Source of the DNA: Eledone cirrhosa
Lineage: Eukaryota
Length of the DNA stretch: 64,000 nucleotides
Direction of reading: 5' to 3'
Assembly (NCBI GenBank): GCA_964016885.1
Contig: OZ024753.1
Location: 38,626,001-38,690,000 of the forward strand
The notes under the pieces are model-generated. The model searched no databases and was not told the origin of the DNA. It saw only the letters and a program-made list of their open reading frames with translations. Shown here piece after piece: positions 1-12,260 of the stretch (position 1 is its first letter; each line of letters begins with the position of its first letter). Position numbers and translations under genes: made by a program.

Positions 1-175
1 CTCTGAGATGGAAATGTTTTTGAGTCCGCATGTTTGATGTGAAACATATGTGACGTTAATATACAATAAAACATTTTCAAGTGAAACTTCTTTATCTTAC
101 ACGTACATAATATATACACTCTGCTGTAGCATCAAGTGCTTATATCGATACAATCCTCAATAATCAACAATATTA
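1..175 (+). mobile_element. Partial pLTR-like island: 3' half of an HHR motif plus tail, cut by the window edge
   Basis: GAAA-catatg-TG at 40-51 (palindromic stem III as in other islands); tail ACTCtgctgtagcatcAAGTGCttatatc resembles the family A/E tails. No CUGANGA inside the window. Confidence 0.35.
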
Positions 176-231
176 CTGAACAACCCGGAATGGCAGTATC
201 AGTTACGGCCCTTGCCATTCTGAGTTCAAAT

Positions 232-310
<79 letters not shown>

Positions 311-317
<7 letters not shown>

Positions 318-440
318 TAAAATAACAGATTAAAGTTTAAGCAAAGAATCGCTGCTTTCACCCTTAACGGGATCTTCTGAAACTAAACTGAAATTGAAGA
401 CTAAAATTTGGATTTTAGTCTTCAATTTTATTATTATTAC

Positions 441-443
<3 letters not shown>
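311..443 (+). mobile_element. Family B mini-PLE island: inverted HHR segment plus 3' tail in (TA)n
   Basis: 311-390 is the reverse complement of ~14683-14759; 408-443 matches the forward tail at ~14813-14848; (TA)n on both sides. Confidence 0.75.
334..384 (-). ncRNA. Hammerhead-like motif with variant core CAGAAGA
   Basis: Minus strand: agttt CAGAAGA t-ccc gttaa ggg-t GAAA gca gcgattctt tgc TT aaact; stems I, II and III pair; U4 replaced by A. Confidence 0.45.
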
Positions 444-521
<78 letters not shown>

Positions 522-618
522 CTTGCTGTACCTGGCGACAAAATTATAATAGTTATTTGAGTCTCTTTCTATATAATATAAACACACAGACATACACACA
601 CACATATATATATTATAC

Positions 619-668
<50 letters not shown>

Positions 669-819
669 ATACACTCACTCCATACATTAATATATTATCT
701 AATATAAATATGATAGACATATATATATATACATATTTATATATGCATACTCATATACATGTATCTATATCTATCTATCTGACTATGTTTCACTCTTATA
801 TAAATGTCTCTCTCTCTCT

Positions 820-868
<49 letters not shown>

Positions 869-1552
869 GTATGTATATATATATATATATATATATATGT
901 ATCAATGAGCCCCATGATATTAAATCTAACGTATTTATAGCTCATAGATTACACTACACAAGTCTCCCTCCCTCCTTTCCTCCACATGATAGCTGAAATC
1001 ATGAACTAACAACTTTGATTCACATTCAACTAAACGGTGTTGGTGGTGATGGTGTTGTTGTTGTTGGTGCTGGTTCATCGTATTCCCCTCTTGAATATAT
1101 CTCTCGTAAACGTAGAGATCTATTAATTCATCTCTAATAGAGAATAGTAGCCTGCTGTTTGTATTAAATGTCAGACTTATGATGGTAGAGGAGTGAAGTG
1201 TGTATATTAGAAGAGCAGACACTTATAAAGAGTGGTATGTTTAAAATATTTATTTCTTGGCTGGAAATGATATTAACGCTGCAAATCTCTCTAACGTTCT
1301 GTGGTCGGTGTGGAAATATACATACAACAGTGTGACACCGAGATGAAGCAAATATTTTATTTTATTTTATTTTATTTTGTTATTTGAAGGCGTGCTGTTT
1401 ATTACAGCCAAATATATGCTATTTATTCCGTTATACTTGGAGACTGACTAAATTAGCAGGTGTACACACTGTCCACTGAAATTGTGTATGTGTGTGATTT
1501 TGTTTTTCAATGATGACATTGCTTGTGATACCATCCCTGTGACATGACGAGG

Positions 1553-1594
<42 letters not shown>

Positions 1595-1675
1595 GGAGAG
1601 AGAGAGAGAGAAAAGAGGTATTTACTGGTTGGTGTAAGGAGATAGTGAAATAGAGGAAAAACTCAATGAATGTCA

Positions 1676-1806
<131 letters not shown>

Positions 1807-1943
1807 GTCCGAGATAAAGGTAAAGAGAGACATAGTGAAATAAATAGAGTGAGATAAATATAGATAGATAGACAGATAGATAGATACACGCACATACATA
1901 CACACACACACACACATACACACACAGATACACAGAGTGAGAC

Positions 1944-1984
<41 letters not shown>

Positions 1985-2373
1985 GACAGAGAGAGACAGA
2001 GAGGAGTTCATAAGATTACCCATCTCACTTCTTCCTTCTCTTCAGGGGGAGGAAATAGATATTCACTAGGAGCGGAACAACAGAATTACTCTCGCAACAT
2101 CAAACTAGAGCAACCTATTGTTACACACCATTATGCCGAAAAATTAAGAAAGGTTAATGCGTAATCAATAACACCACCGCTGCCATATTTGCTATGGTAA
2201 ATATTTGATGGCGACCATAGTTTGGATGCGCGGACCCTTTCCTAAATGCTAAATGTATTTTCATCGTGGGTGCTATTCTTTCGGTTTTTGTTTTGATGTT
2301 TGCTGTGGTTGTGACTTTATGTATGTATGTATGTATGTATGTATGTATGTATGTATGTATGTATGTATGTATG

Positions 2374-2433
<60 letters not shown>

Positions 2434-2434
2434 A

Positions 2435-2494
<60 letters not shown>

Positions 2495-2680
2495 ACATAT
2501 ATGCATATATATATATATACATACATACATAGATACATGCATATATACATATATATATTTATATATATATATATGTATATATGTATATATGTATATATGT
2601 ATATATGTATGTATATATATACACATATATACATATGTATATACATATATATATACATATATATATATATACATATATAC

Positions 2681-2755
<75 letters not shown>

Positions 2756-2802
2756 CATATGTACATATGTATATATACATATGTATATATATATGTATAT
2801 AC

Positions 2803-2890
<88 letters not shown>

Positions 2891-3109
2891 GTGTGTGTAT
2901 GTGTTTTGTGTGTGTACTCATATATGTTTTCAACATCACTTTTTCGTATTTAGAGTGAGTAGATTTCCAGTGTGTGTGCAAGTTTAGTGACCTTATTAAG
3001 GTGTAGCTTGTAAAAAATATAATAAAATAATTAAAAAAAACAGTCTCTTGGTATTCATGAGGCTTAGTGTCTCCTAGAACAGGTTATTATTGTTTTTGGG
3101 GGGTGGCTG

Positions 3110-3360
3110 GTGATTGCTGGGAATAGTGGAATTGTCGAATAGTCAGAGCAGCGGACCAAATACTTCACGTCATACATTTCAGTTCCTTACGTTACGTGTT
3201 TAAATCCCGCCAAGGGGGCCAAGGGGCGAAGGTTAATTTGGCCTTTCGTTTTTCTGAGGTGGATAAATTAAAGTACTAGTCAACCACAAGGGCTGACGTA
3301 ATCGACTTTTCCCTCTCCCACTCTAAATTGCAGGCCTTGTGCCTAAATTAGAAGCTACTA
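3110..3360 (+). mobile_element. tRNA-derived SINE family 1, degenerate
   Basis: Diverged match to the 5814-5997 copy: tttaaatcccgcc, ttggcctttcgtttttctgaggtggataaattaaagtactag, ggccttgtgcctaaattagaa. Confidence 0.6.
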
Positions 3361-3549
3361 TTGTTTTTCTTAGTAATTGTTTAACAAATAGACTGAGCTC
3401 GTTAGCCTTTGTTGATAGTCTGTCTAAGACCAGGAACACTTTGATCGGGACTAGAGGGGATTCCTTAGTCACCTGGGTGAAAACCTTTCAAGTGGCCATT
3501 GGCTTCATTCTGAATGTTGAAGATTTTACAAACTCATCAACAAAAACAA

Positions 3550-3760
3550 TGGTTTCTGATTTAAGCACAAGGCCAACAATATTGGGAGTGGTGGAAAGTC
3601 GATTAAATTAAGCCCAGTGTATTACTGGTACCTTATTTTATCGACCCAGTAAGGATGAAAGGCAAAACTAATCTAACAGGAATTGAACTTAAAACGTAAA
3701 GGGCCATAACTATGTGCCACCATGCCTGTTGTCCAATGTTCTACCGTCCGATACTGCTCA
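3550..3760 (-). mobile_element. tRNA-derived SINE family 1, degenerate
   Basis: Reverse-complement motifs gtttctgatttaagcacaaggcc and actggtaccttattttatcgacccagtaaggatgaaaggcaaa. Confidence 0.6.
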
Positions 3761-3871
3761 TTTACCACCCCCCACATCAACAAAACTAATGATATTCAAA
3801 TATATTTACGTACGGCTGGTCTATAAGGAAAGTTCCCAAACTTTCTTACGCAAAAGTAGATTCTTACGTAT

Positions 3872-3902
<31 letters not shown>

Positions 3903-3984
3903 TATATATATGCACACGAGCATAAACAGGTACACACAAACACGTACACATACATGTATATAAATTTATAAATACATATATGCG

Positions 3985-4062
<78 letters not shown>

Positions 4063-4089
4063 CATATGTACACACACACATATGTATAT

Positions 4090-4177
<88 letters not shown>

Positions 4178-4364
4178 AAGCATTATAAATATTAGATCGC
4201 AGTCTAGACAGTATTTAAACATATCCTAACAACATTGTTTGTATAATAAAGACACAACTCTTCAATATTCGGCCAAGAATGACATTTCATGATTTCTCTT
4301 GAATCCTTTCAACTATTTTAGTTTCTATTTTAATACTGAAGACACAGTATACTTTACTGTGTGA

Positions 4365-4657
4365 GACGGACAAAACCTGACCGGAGAAAAAAACCCACCG
4401 GATAAAAACCTCACTAGACAAAACCACAAAAGAAAGTCCCATCTTACAAAACCCATCTAAACAAAAACGCCACCGAATACCCCCCAACCAACACACACAT
4501 CTCCACCGGATGAAAACGTCACTGGATAAAATACCTGAAGCAAAAACCCTACCGGACAAAAATCCCCCTACACAAAATACCCACTGGATAAAACCACTAC
4601 TGCCTCCCATAAAAGAAATCGATCCGTACAAAATACCAATAACACAAAATCTCTACT
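4365..4657 (+). repeat. Degenerate array of (c/a)(c/t)gga(c/t)aaaa motifs at ~17-20 bp spacing
   Basis: Repeated ggacaaaa/ggataaaa cores; a similar array lies at ~9880-9990. Confidence 0.5.
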
Positions 4658-4671
4658 ATATATATATATAT

Positions 4672-4723
4672 ATGCCATTTTTGTCCAGTAGAGATTTTGT
4701 GTTATTGGGATTTTGTACGGATC

Positions 4724-4772
<49 letters not shown>

Positions 4773-4819
4773 ATTTTTGTCCAGTAGAGATTTTGTGTTA
4801 TTGGGATTTTGTACGGATC

Positions 4820-4868
<49 letters not shown>

Positions 4869-4953
4869 ATTTTTGTCCAGTAGAGATTTTGTGTTATTGG
4901 GATTTTGTACGGATCGTTTTCTTTTATGGGAGGCGGTAGTGGTTTTATCCAGT
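4672..4953 (-). repeat. Inverted, triplicated copy of the adjacent flank separated by (TA)n
   Basis: Three copies of atgccatttttgtccagtagagattttgtgttattgggattttgtacggatcg; the last extends as the reverse complement of 4583-4657. Confidence 0.9.
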
Positions 4954-4954
4954 T

Positions 4955-4995
<41 letters not shown>

Positions 4996-5086
4996 AAACA
5001 TGAGAAGAAAGAAGAATACTGCGTGGTTGCACATGGGTTACATAGGATAAAAATAGTCCTTCGTCAGTGATTTTCCAACCATCATT

Positions 5087-5166
<80 letters not shown>

Positions 5167-5538
5167 AAAAGAGAAAACACAGGTAAGCATTAAGAGAAGG
5201 ATTTTATCCAGGTACGACCGTTTCAGTGGTAAGTGCAACCTTATATTGCTATACTGCAAATAGCAGCCACTCAATTATAATTGTTGTTCACAGTCCACAT
5301 TTTCAAAATAGTGCAATTTTCTGCTTCCCTAACTATATATATATATATATATATATACACACAGAGATAGAGATAGATAGAGAGGGGGGGGGGAGGAGAT
5401 AGATTGGGTGTTACAACTTTAAACTAGTGAGACCGTATTCAGATAAGTACTCGAAACATTGACAAGTAGAGTGTGTATGTATTGTGAAAAATGAGTGTCC
5501 AAAGGCTCAGCCGTGGATCACTAACTGTTAACTTTATC

Positions 5539-5578
<40 letters not shown>

Positions 5579-5619
5579 GATAAAGTTAAAACACTATGAC
5601 TTATTATATAAACAAATCA

Positions 5620-5810
5620 CTATCCAGACAGCCTCCAAAAGTAATGGTTGTATTTTAAAGGGTACGTCAAACCTATTTGTAAAACTGTTATATATTGTAT
5701 TTTGTCTGATGAAGGCATACCATAATTTAATGTGGTATCCTTGAAATATGTATAATGAAATAAATATGGTTTTATAAATATAGTTTCCATTTATTAATAT
5801 CGTATATATA
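5620..5810 (+). mobile_element. Family A mini-PLE (HHR-bearing pLTR-like) copy
   Basis: Homologous to 20577-20742, 21062-21345 and 24567-24700; ends at aatatcgtatata. Confidence 0.8.
5698..5762 (+). ncRNA. Minimal type I hammerhead ribozyme (family A)
   Basis: tattttgt CTGATGA agg-c-ataccata/tgtggtat-cct-t GAAA tatgta TA atgaaata. Confidence 0.7.
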
Positions 5811-5813
5811 TCT

Positions 5814-5997
5814 GGCGGTGGATTGGCAGTATCGGTAGAGGGTCGGACGCCATGCTTTCCAGCATAGTTACGTCCCTTTACGATCTGAGTTCAAATCCCG
5901 CCGAGGTTGACTTTGCCTTTCATCCTTACGGGGTCGATAAAATAAAGTACCAGTAATGCACTGGGTAATTGCTGGCCTTGTGCCAAAAGTAGAAACA
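5814..5997 (+). mobile_element. tRNA-derived SINE family 1, full length, with TSD
   Basis: A-box-like tggcagtatcgg, B-box gagttcaaatccc, central ctttgcctttcatccttacggggtcgataaaataaagtaccag (resembles the Meta-domain, from memory); TSD attaatatcgtatatat at 5793 and 5998. Confidence 0.85.
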
Positions 5998-6007
5998 ATT
6001 AATATCG

Positions 6008-6038
<31 letters not shown>

Positions 6039-6139
6039 AGCACTTTCCCTCGTGCTTTAAACCAACGTATATTTGTATACATACCTGGGTTTAAACCACG
6101 AGGAAAAGTGCTCAATACTAATGTGGAGATTATCATATA

Positions 6140-6325
6140 ATTGTTTCTACTTTAGGCACAAGGCCAGCAATTACCCAGTGCATTACTGGTACTATATTTT
6201 ATCGACCCCGTAAGGATGAAAGGCAAAGTCAACCTCGGCGGGATTTGAACTCAGATCGTAAAGGGACGTAACTATGCTGGAAAGCATGAGTCCGACCCTC
6301 TACCCATACTGCCAATCCACCGCCC
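6140..6325 (-). mobile_element. tRNA-derived SINE family 1, full length, with TSD
   Basis: Near-identical reverse complement of 5814-5997; TSD ttatcatataat at 6130 and 6326. Confidence 0.85.
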
Positions 6326-7210
6326 TTATCATATAATCTTATTACATTACTGATATTACTCTCTGATGCTACTCTGAGTTGCATATATATAAATAACGAG
6401 ATTCTACATAGTTTCTGTCTACCAAAAACATTAGTCAGCCAGAGGCTATAGTAACGGGGACTGAACTCATAACTGCATGGTTACGAAGTGAATTCATTAA
6501 CCACAGTGTCATGGCGGCATCTTGTTTTTTTTTTTTTTCCCCCACATAATTAACGGTGTAGAGAGGACCTAAATAAGGGAAGATTACTTCGATGAGAATC
6601 TAAGAAAATGAGTTCTTCAAGACGAAGAATTTTGAAGCGTGATTGGAGAAATGATAAATGGGGTGGAAGAAAGAAGTCACCCCCCAGAGAAGTTAGGTCA
6701 ACTTTTAGTAGTCTTCATGGAGTTTGTTTAATGAATTCAGGACAAGTTATTCAGTAAAAGTCGAACCCCTTGTTTATTTTAGCCGGGCCAATTGCCAAAT
6801 ATCTTCATCAAACAAAAATATTTGCCCTTCACTAGCAGTCCTTCTCGTTCTCGTAGCAGTATTTTACCACTCTGATGATATATTACATTTCTCTAAGCTT
6901 GACAATAAAAGATATTATTTGTTTAGTGGTTCAATATCATTTTCATATTATTTTATTTTTATTGTTATCGTCTTTTTTCTTTTTTTTTTTAATTTTCACA
7001 CCACACCACAACTGACCGTGTGTCTTGTAATCAATCCTTAAAATGGCGCCTATCATTCTTAAGTCAGGCTAAAGGGTTGAAATTACTCTATATATCTTTA
7101 TAACTTCATGAAAACAAGACAGAGAGAAACGGACAGATATAGAAAGATAGAGAAAAAGATAGATAGATAGGTAGAGAGAGAGAAACAGATAAGAGAAAGA
7201 GATAATAAGA

Positions 7211-7266
<56 letters not shown>

Positions 7267-7272
7267 ATAAGA

Positions 7273-7309
<37 letters not shown>

Positions 7310-7415
7310 AGAAAGACAGAGAAAGGAATATAGATAAAGTTGGATAGATGGAGAGGGAGAGAGAGAGAGGGAAAGATATATTTATATATATATATATAGA
7401 GAGAGAGAGAGAATG

Positions 7416-7512
<97 letters not shown>

Positions 7513-7967
7513 TAGATAATAGATAGATAGATAGATAGATCAATAGAGGGAGAGAGAGAGAGAGAGAGAGAGAGTGAGAGAGAGAGAGAGAGAGAGAGAA
7601 ACTACAACAGAAAACAAATAGCTTAAAGCAAATCTATGTCGGAGGGAAAGTGAACAAGTAGAAAAATCATTGTAAACTAACGGTGGTTCGTTATTTTATA
7701 TTTGTCAGCGTTAGAAGAGAATATTAAAAACAATGGATTTTTAAAAATAGATATCGAAAGTTACAAGAAATATATAACTTTAAAAAGTCAGTGTCAAGAA
7801 ATAAATTTACATCTTGGCAGTAAATAAACAGGAATGCAGTAAATACAGAATTAACATCAAAACGTATTGATTGGAAATAAATAAATGAAAAATTACAATT
7901 TCTTTCCGACAGTAATTAAATATAATCAAATAGTAATTAAATATAATATATATGCATGCATGCGCAC

Positions 7968-8115
<148 letters not shown>

Positions 8116-8237
8116 TTACATGTATTGTATATGCTACATACATACGTTCATGAATGTATATATATATATATATTCACGCAGATTTGTACACGTAAAAATA
8201 ATGCATTGCTCAGACAAGATGGGGGCTTATATATACA

Positions 8238-8383
<146 letters not shown>

Positions 8384-8412
8384 CATATATATATACATAT
8401 ATATATATATAC

Positions 8413-8462
<50 letters not shown>

Positions 8463-8463
8463 G

Positions 8464-8551
<88 letters not shown>

Positions 8552-8631
8552 AGCCCCCATCTTCTCTGAGCAATGCATTATTTTTATACATATATATCTA
8601 TACATATATATATCTATACATATATATATCT

Positions 8632-8674
<43 letters not shown>

Positions 8675-8680
8675 TATATG

Positions 8681-8714
<34 letters not shown>

Positions 8715-8746
8715 CATATATATATATATATGTATATATATATATG

Positions 8747-8778
<32 letters not shown>

Positions 8779-8918
8779 CATAAAAACAAATAACGAAACG
8801 AAATTAAATTTCGTTTCGTTTTAACTTAATTATATATACATATATATATACATATATATATATACATATATGTATGTATATATTTATGTGTATATATATA
8901 TATGTATATATATATATG

Positions 8919-9049
<131 letters not shown>

Positions 9050-9056
9050 TTATGTG

Positions 9057-9104
<48 letters not shown>

Positions 9105-9176
9105 AGCACACATATTGCCTGTTATATTACATGCATAACATTTTATTTGTATGAATATATGTATGTGAGTGTGTTT

Positions 9177-9218
<42 letters not shown>

Positions 9219-10474
9219 CCACACACACACATATATATTTGAGTTCAAACCCCGCCAAGGTTAGCTTTATCTTTCATCCTTAAGAGGTCGATAAAATAAA
9301 GTACCAGTAATGCACTGGGGTAGATTTAATCGACTTTCCCTACCCCCAAAATTGTTGGCCTTGTGCCTAAATTAGACACCAATATATATATGAAATAAAA
9401 ACTTGTCTCACACCTTATTTTAAGGTAAAACAAGGTGGTTTCCTGTTAGGGATCAAAGGTGTGCGGTCGAAGGTGAAGAAAGGAAATGTTGCACGTGCAA
9501 TATCTCTGTCACACCCCGTGTAAATTCGTTTAATGACCTCACTGATAAAACAATGACGTTATAGATACTGTCTGATAGTGTAGCTGATGAGGTCAACCCT
9601 GATAAAGCAGGAGGGCTCTTTCGAATAAGGAGCCACATGACAGACATGTTAAAGGGTTACTACGTTGTATCTGTTGCCCCAAAAGTTTACGAATGGTTCA
9701 GGTATACCTAATTTTAAATAGACACACAAGGTAGAAGCAATTGCGTTGGTAGAAGCAGAGGAAGTATTGTTAAATCGACGGATGCTTTACTTTTTAGATA
9801 GCTAACTTCCATTTTGCAAAGTTCAATTTTCTAGTTGAGCTAAATTGAAATTTTATGAGTGTTGTTTGGCGAGGATATGGATAAACCTTCCATGACAAAA
9901 GCCCCATAAGACAAAAAAAACAAAAAACCCACAGGACAAAAGCCAGAGCAGACTAAGATCCTACCGGAAAAATCCTCTTTCTCTCCTACCGAACAAACAC
10001 TCACATAGTAAAATCTAAAACAGTAAAAATAAACAACAAAGCCTCTTTATAGTAAGGTAGTATAGTTAATACGAATCATTGTGAAATATATAATAAAAGA
10101 CCGATATATTTAAAAAACCCGCTACAAGGCAGTAGAAATATATAGAGGTTAATAGCCCTGAAATATGTTGAAATATACTGGTTAAAACATTACTTTGTTT
10201 TGTTTTATTTGTCATCCTTTGGCCTTTGTATGTTGAACTAGCTTTTAGAAACTTATCAGTCTCATATATAGTATTTTAATAGCTAACATTATGAAATATA
10301 ATTTATTTACCTGAGGAAAATAAACTAAAACCTATATTCAAGTTACTCTACTACCCCAAGTATCGAGTACTCTGTCGAGAAATGGTCTTACCAGTTCCAA
10401 ACTGAATCTATCCTGATATATATATATATATATATAATATATAAGATCAAAAGATGGTTAAAGGAGTTCCATGT

Positions 10475-10543
10475 ATTTTATTATGCGCATTTCAAAAACA
10501 AACATCATCATGCAATAATATTTGTGTTTTCATCAGATAAAAC
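10475..10543 (-). ncRNA. Minimal type I hammerhead ribozyme (family E, intact arm)
   Basis: Minus strand: gttttat CTGATGA aaac-acaaatattatt/gatgatgtttgt-tttt GAAA tgcgca TA ataaaat. Confidence 0.75.
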
Positions 10544-10663
10544 AGGAGAACATGATATGAAGGCTAAAAAACACTTGTGGATAGTGCAGTTTTAAATCAA
10601 CATATGTTGATTTAAAACTGCACTATCCACAAGTGTTTTTTAGCCTTCATATCATGTTCTCCT

Positions 10664-10730
10664 GTTTTATCTGATGAAAACACAAATATTATTGCATGAT
10701 GATGTTTGTTTTTGAAATGCGCATAATATG
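10664..10730 (+). ncRNA. Hammerhead ribozyme (family E), stem I damaged by a local duplication
   Basis: CTGATGA 10671-10677, GAAA 10714-10717, tgcgcaTA; the 3' stem I strand is replaced by duplicated tgcgcataa(t/c)atggaat. Confidence 0.55.
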
Positions 10731-10986
10731 GAATTGCGCATAACATGGAATTCCTTTAACCATCTTTTGATCTTATATATTATGTATACTCCAGTCCTAC
10801 ACACTGTAGAGTGCTTCTTATCCGATATCTGCATTGCTTTATTGTACTACAATAAAACTCACCTCCTACATATATATATATATATATATAAATGAAGTGA
10901 TTCCGTCGGAAAAGTCCAAGAAAAAAGAGTGCTCTATGTAGGTAACAGAGCTTAATAGTTATGTATTAAACAACATAAGGCAATTA

Positions 10987-11047
10987 TTTCATTTACCAAT
11001 GGTTTCTTAAAAGCAAAAACATTTTGCTTTCAATCATCAGAATGAAA
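10987..11047 (-). ncRNA. Type I hammerhead ribozyme (family F)
   Basis: Reverse complement of the 11142-11202 motif. Confidence 0.8.
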
Positions 11048-11141
11048 AAATCCTGGCGTATTTATTGAGTTTGGATTTTAAAAAAACCCACAAAAAACCC
11101 AGGTTTTTAAAAATCCAAACTCAATAAATACGCCAGGATAT

Positions 11142-11202
11142 TTTCATTCTGATGATTGAAAGCAAAATGTTTTTGCTTTTAAGAAACCATTGGTAAATGA
11201 AA
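11142..11202 (+). ncRNA. Type I hammerhead ribozyme (family F)
   Basis: tttcatt CTGATGA ttgaaagcaaaa tgt ttttgcttttaa GAAA cca t tgg TA aatgaaa: 7-bp stem I, 12-bp stem II, canonical core. Confidence 0.8.
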
Positions 11203-11231
11203 TAATTGCCTTATATTGTTTATTACATAAC

Positions 11232-11312
<81 letters not shown>

Positions 11313-11461
11313 ATAGATATGTCTACACTCCGGAATGCAGAAGGATCAGGAACTGAGTTTCTTCAACTATTCTTCCATAACTCGTTGAGTAACCCCTCAC
11401 CGTACGTCAACTCTATCCAGTGTAGTAATTAACCATTACTGCATCCAGGATAATCTTATAC

Positions 11462-11490
<29 letters not shown>

Positions 11491-11496
<6 letters not shown>

Positions 11497-12182
11497 AGAT
11501 TTGAATGGATACAGTTTAGTTGAAAGGAATTTATTGACACGTGTTTCTATAACAGTTACATAACCTAAAACAGCTATCTACAAACTTTTAGTTATGCAGA
11601 CATTCAATATTTCAATGTTATTATTTACTGTCATTTCATCAGAATAATATTACTGAGGACCTATTTAGTTTTTATAGAGAATATTAGGAGGGAGGGGTGA
11701 AGTTGTTAGAAGAATAGTTGAAGGAGTGGTTTTTCGATAGCAGTGAGAATTCTTGGTGGCAGTGAGTAATTAGATTCCCATCTGATGGGAATCTAATTAC
11801 TCACTGCCACCAAGAATTCTCACTGCTATCGAAAAACCACTCCTTCAACTATTCTTCTAACAACTTCACCCCTCCCTCCTAATATTCTCTATAAAAACTA
11901 AATAGGTCCTCAGTAATATTATTCTGATGAAATGACAGTAAATAATAACATTGAAATATTGAATGTCTGCATAACTAAAAGTTTGTAGATAGCTGTTTTA
12001 GGTTATGTAACTGTTATAGAAACACGTGTCAATAAATTCCTTTCAACTAAACTGTATCCATTCAAATCTTTCTATTTTTCTCCGGATTACATTTGGAACT
12101 ACAACTGGAACCGTCGAGCAAACTCTACGTGAGCTGATAATCTACTGTGTGTAATATTTATATTACAACACAACGGAAAATA

Positions 12183-12186
<4 letters not shown>
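11491..12186 (+). mobile_element. Family G palindromic mini-PLE: 292-bp arms, 1-nt spacer, plus tail
   Basis: 11491-11782 and 11784-12075 are reverse complements (catc T gatg centre); tail 12076-12186; (TA)n on both sides. Confidence 0.9.
11915..12038 (+). ncRNA. Hammerhead ribozyme with a large branched stem II insertion (family G); mirror copy at 11528-11651 on the minus strand
   Basis: ttatt CTGATGA a-atgacagt ... actgttat-a GAAA cacgtg TC aataa; two internal hairpins inside stem II. Confidence 0.6.

Positions 12187-12260
<74 letters not shown>

Larger units (their letters stand above)
10434..10869 (+). mobile_element. Family E palindromic mini-PLE (spacer-less palindrome plus tail)
   Basis: Arms ~10434-10603 and 10604-10783 centred on cat|atg; tail 10784-10869 with ACTC...GAGT; (TA)n on both sides. 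Confidence 0.85.
10891..11233 (-). mobile_element. Family F palindromic mini-PLE (tail on the left, minus orientation)
   Basis: Inverted arms ~10956-11085 and ~11102-11233 around a short A/C-rich spacer; tail 10891-10955 with GCTC...GAGC on the minus strand; second copy at 63750-64000. Confidence 0.85.

Noticed and set aside
935-1222. 95-aa minus-strand ORF with poly-Q/H
   Set aside because: No recognisable domain or splice evidence; the Q/H run is a short triplet repeat.
10305-10345. CTGAGGA as an HHR core; likewise CTGATGA at 27335 and 9584
   Set aside because: No stem II plus GAAA plus UH arrangement follows.
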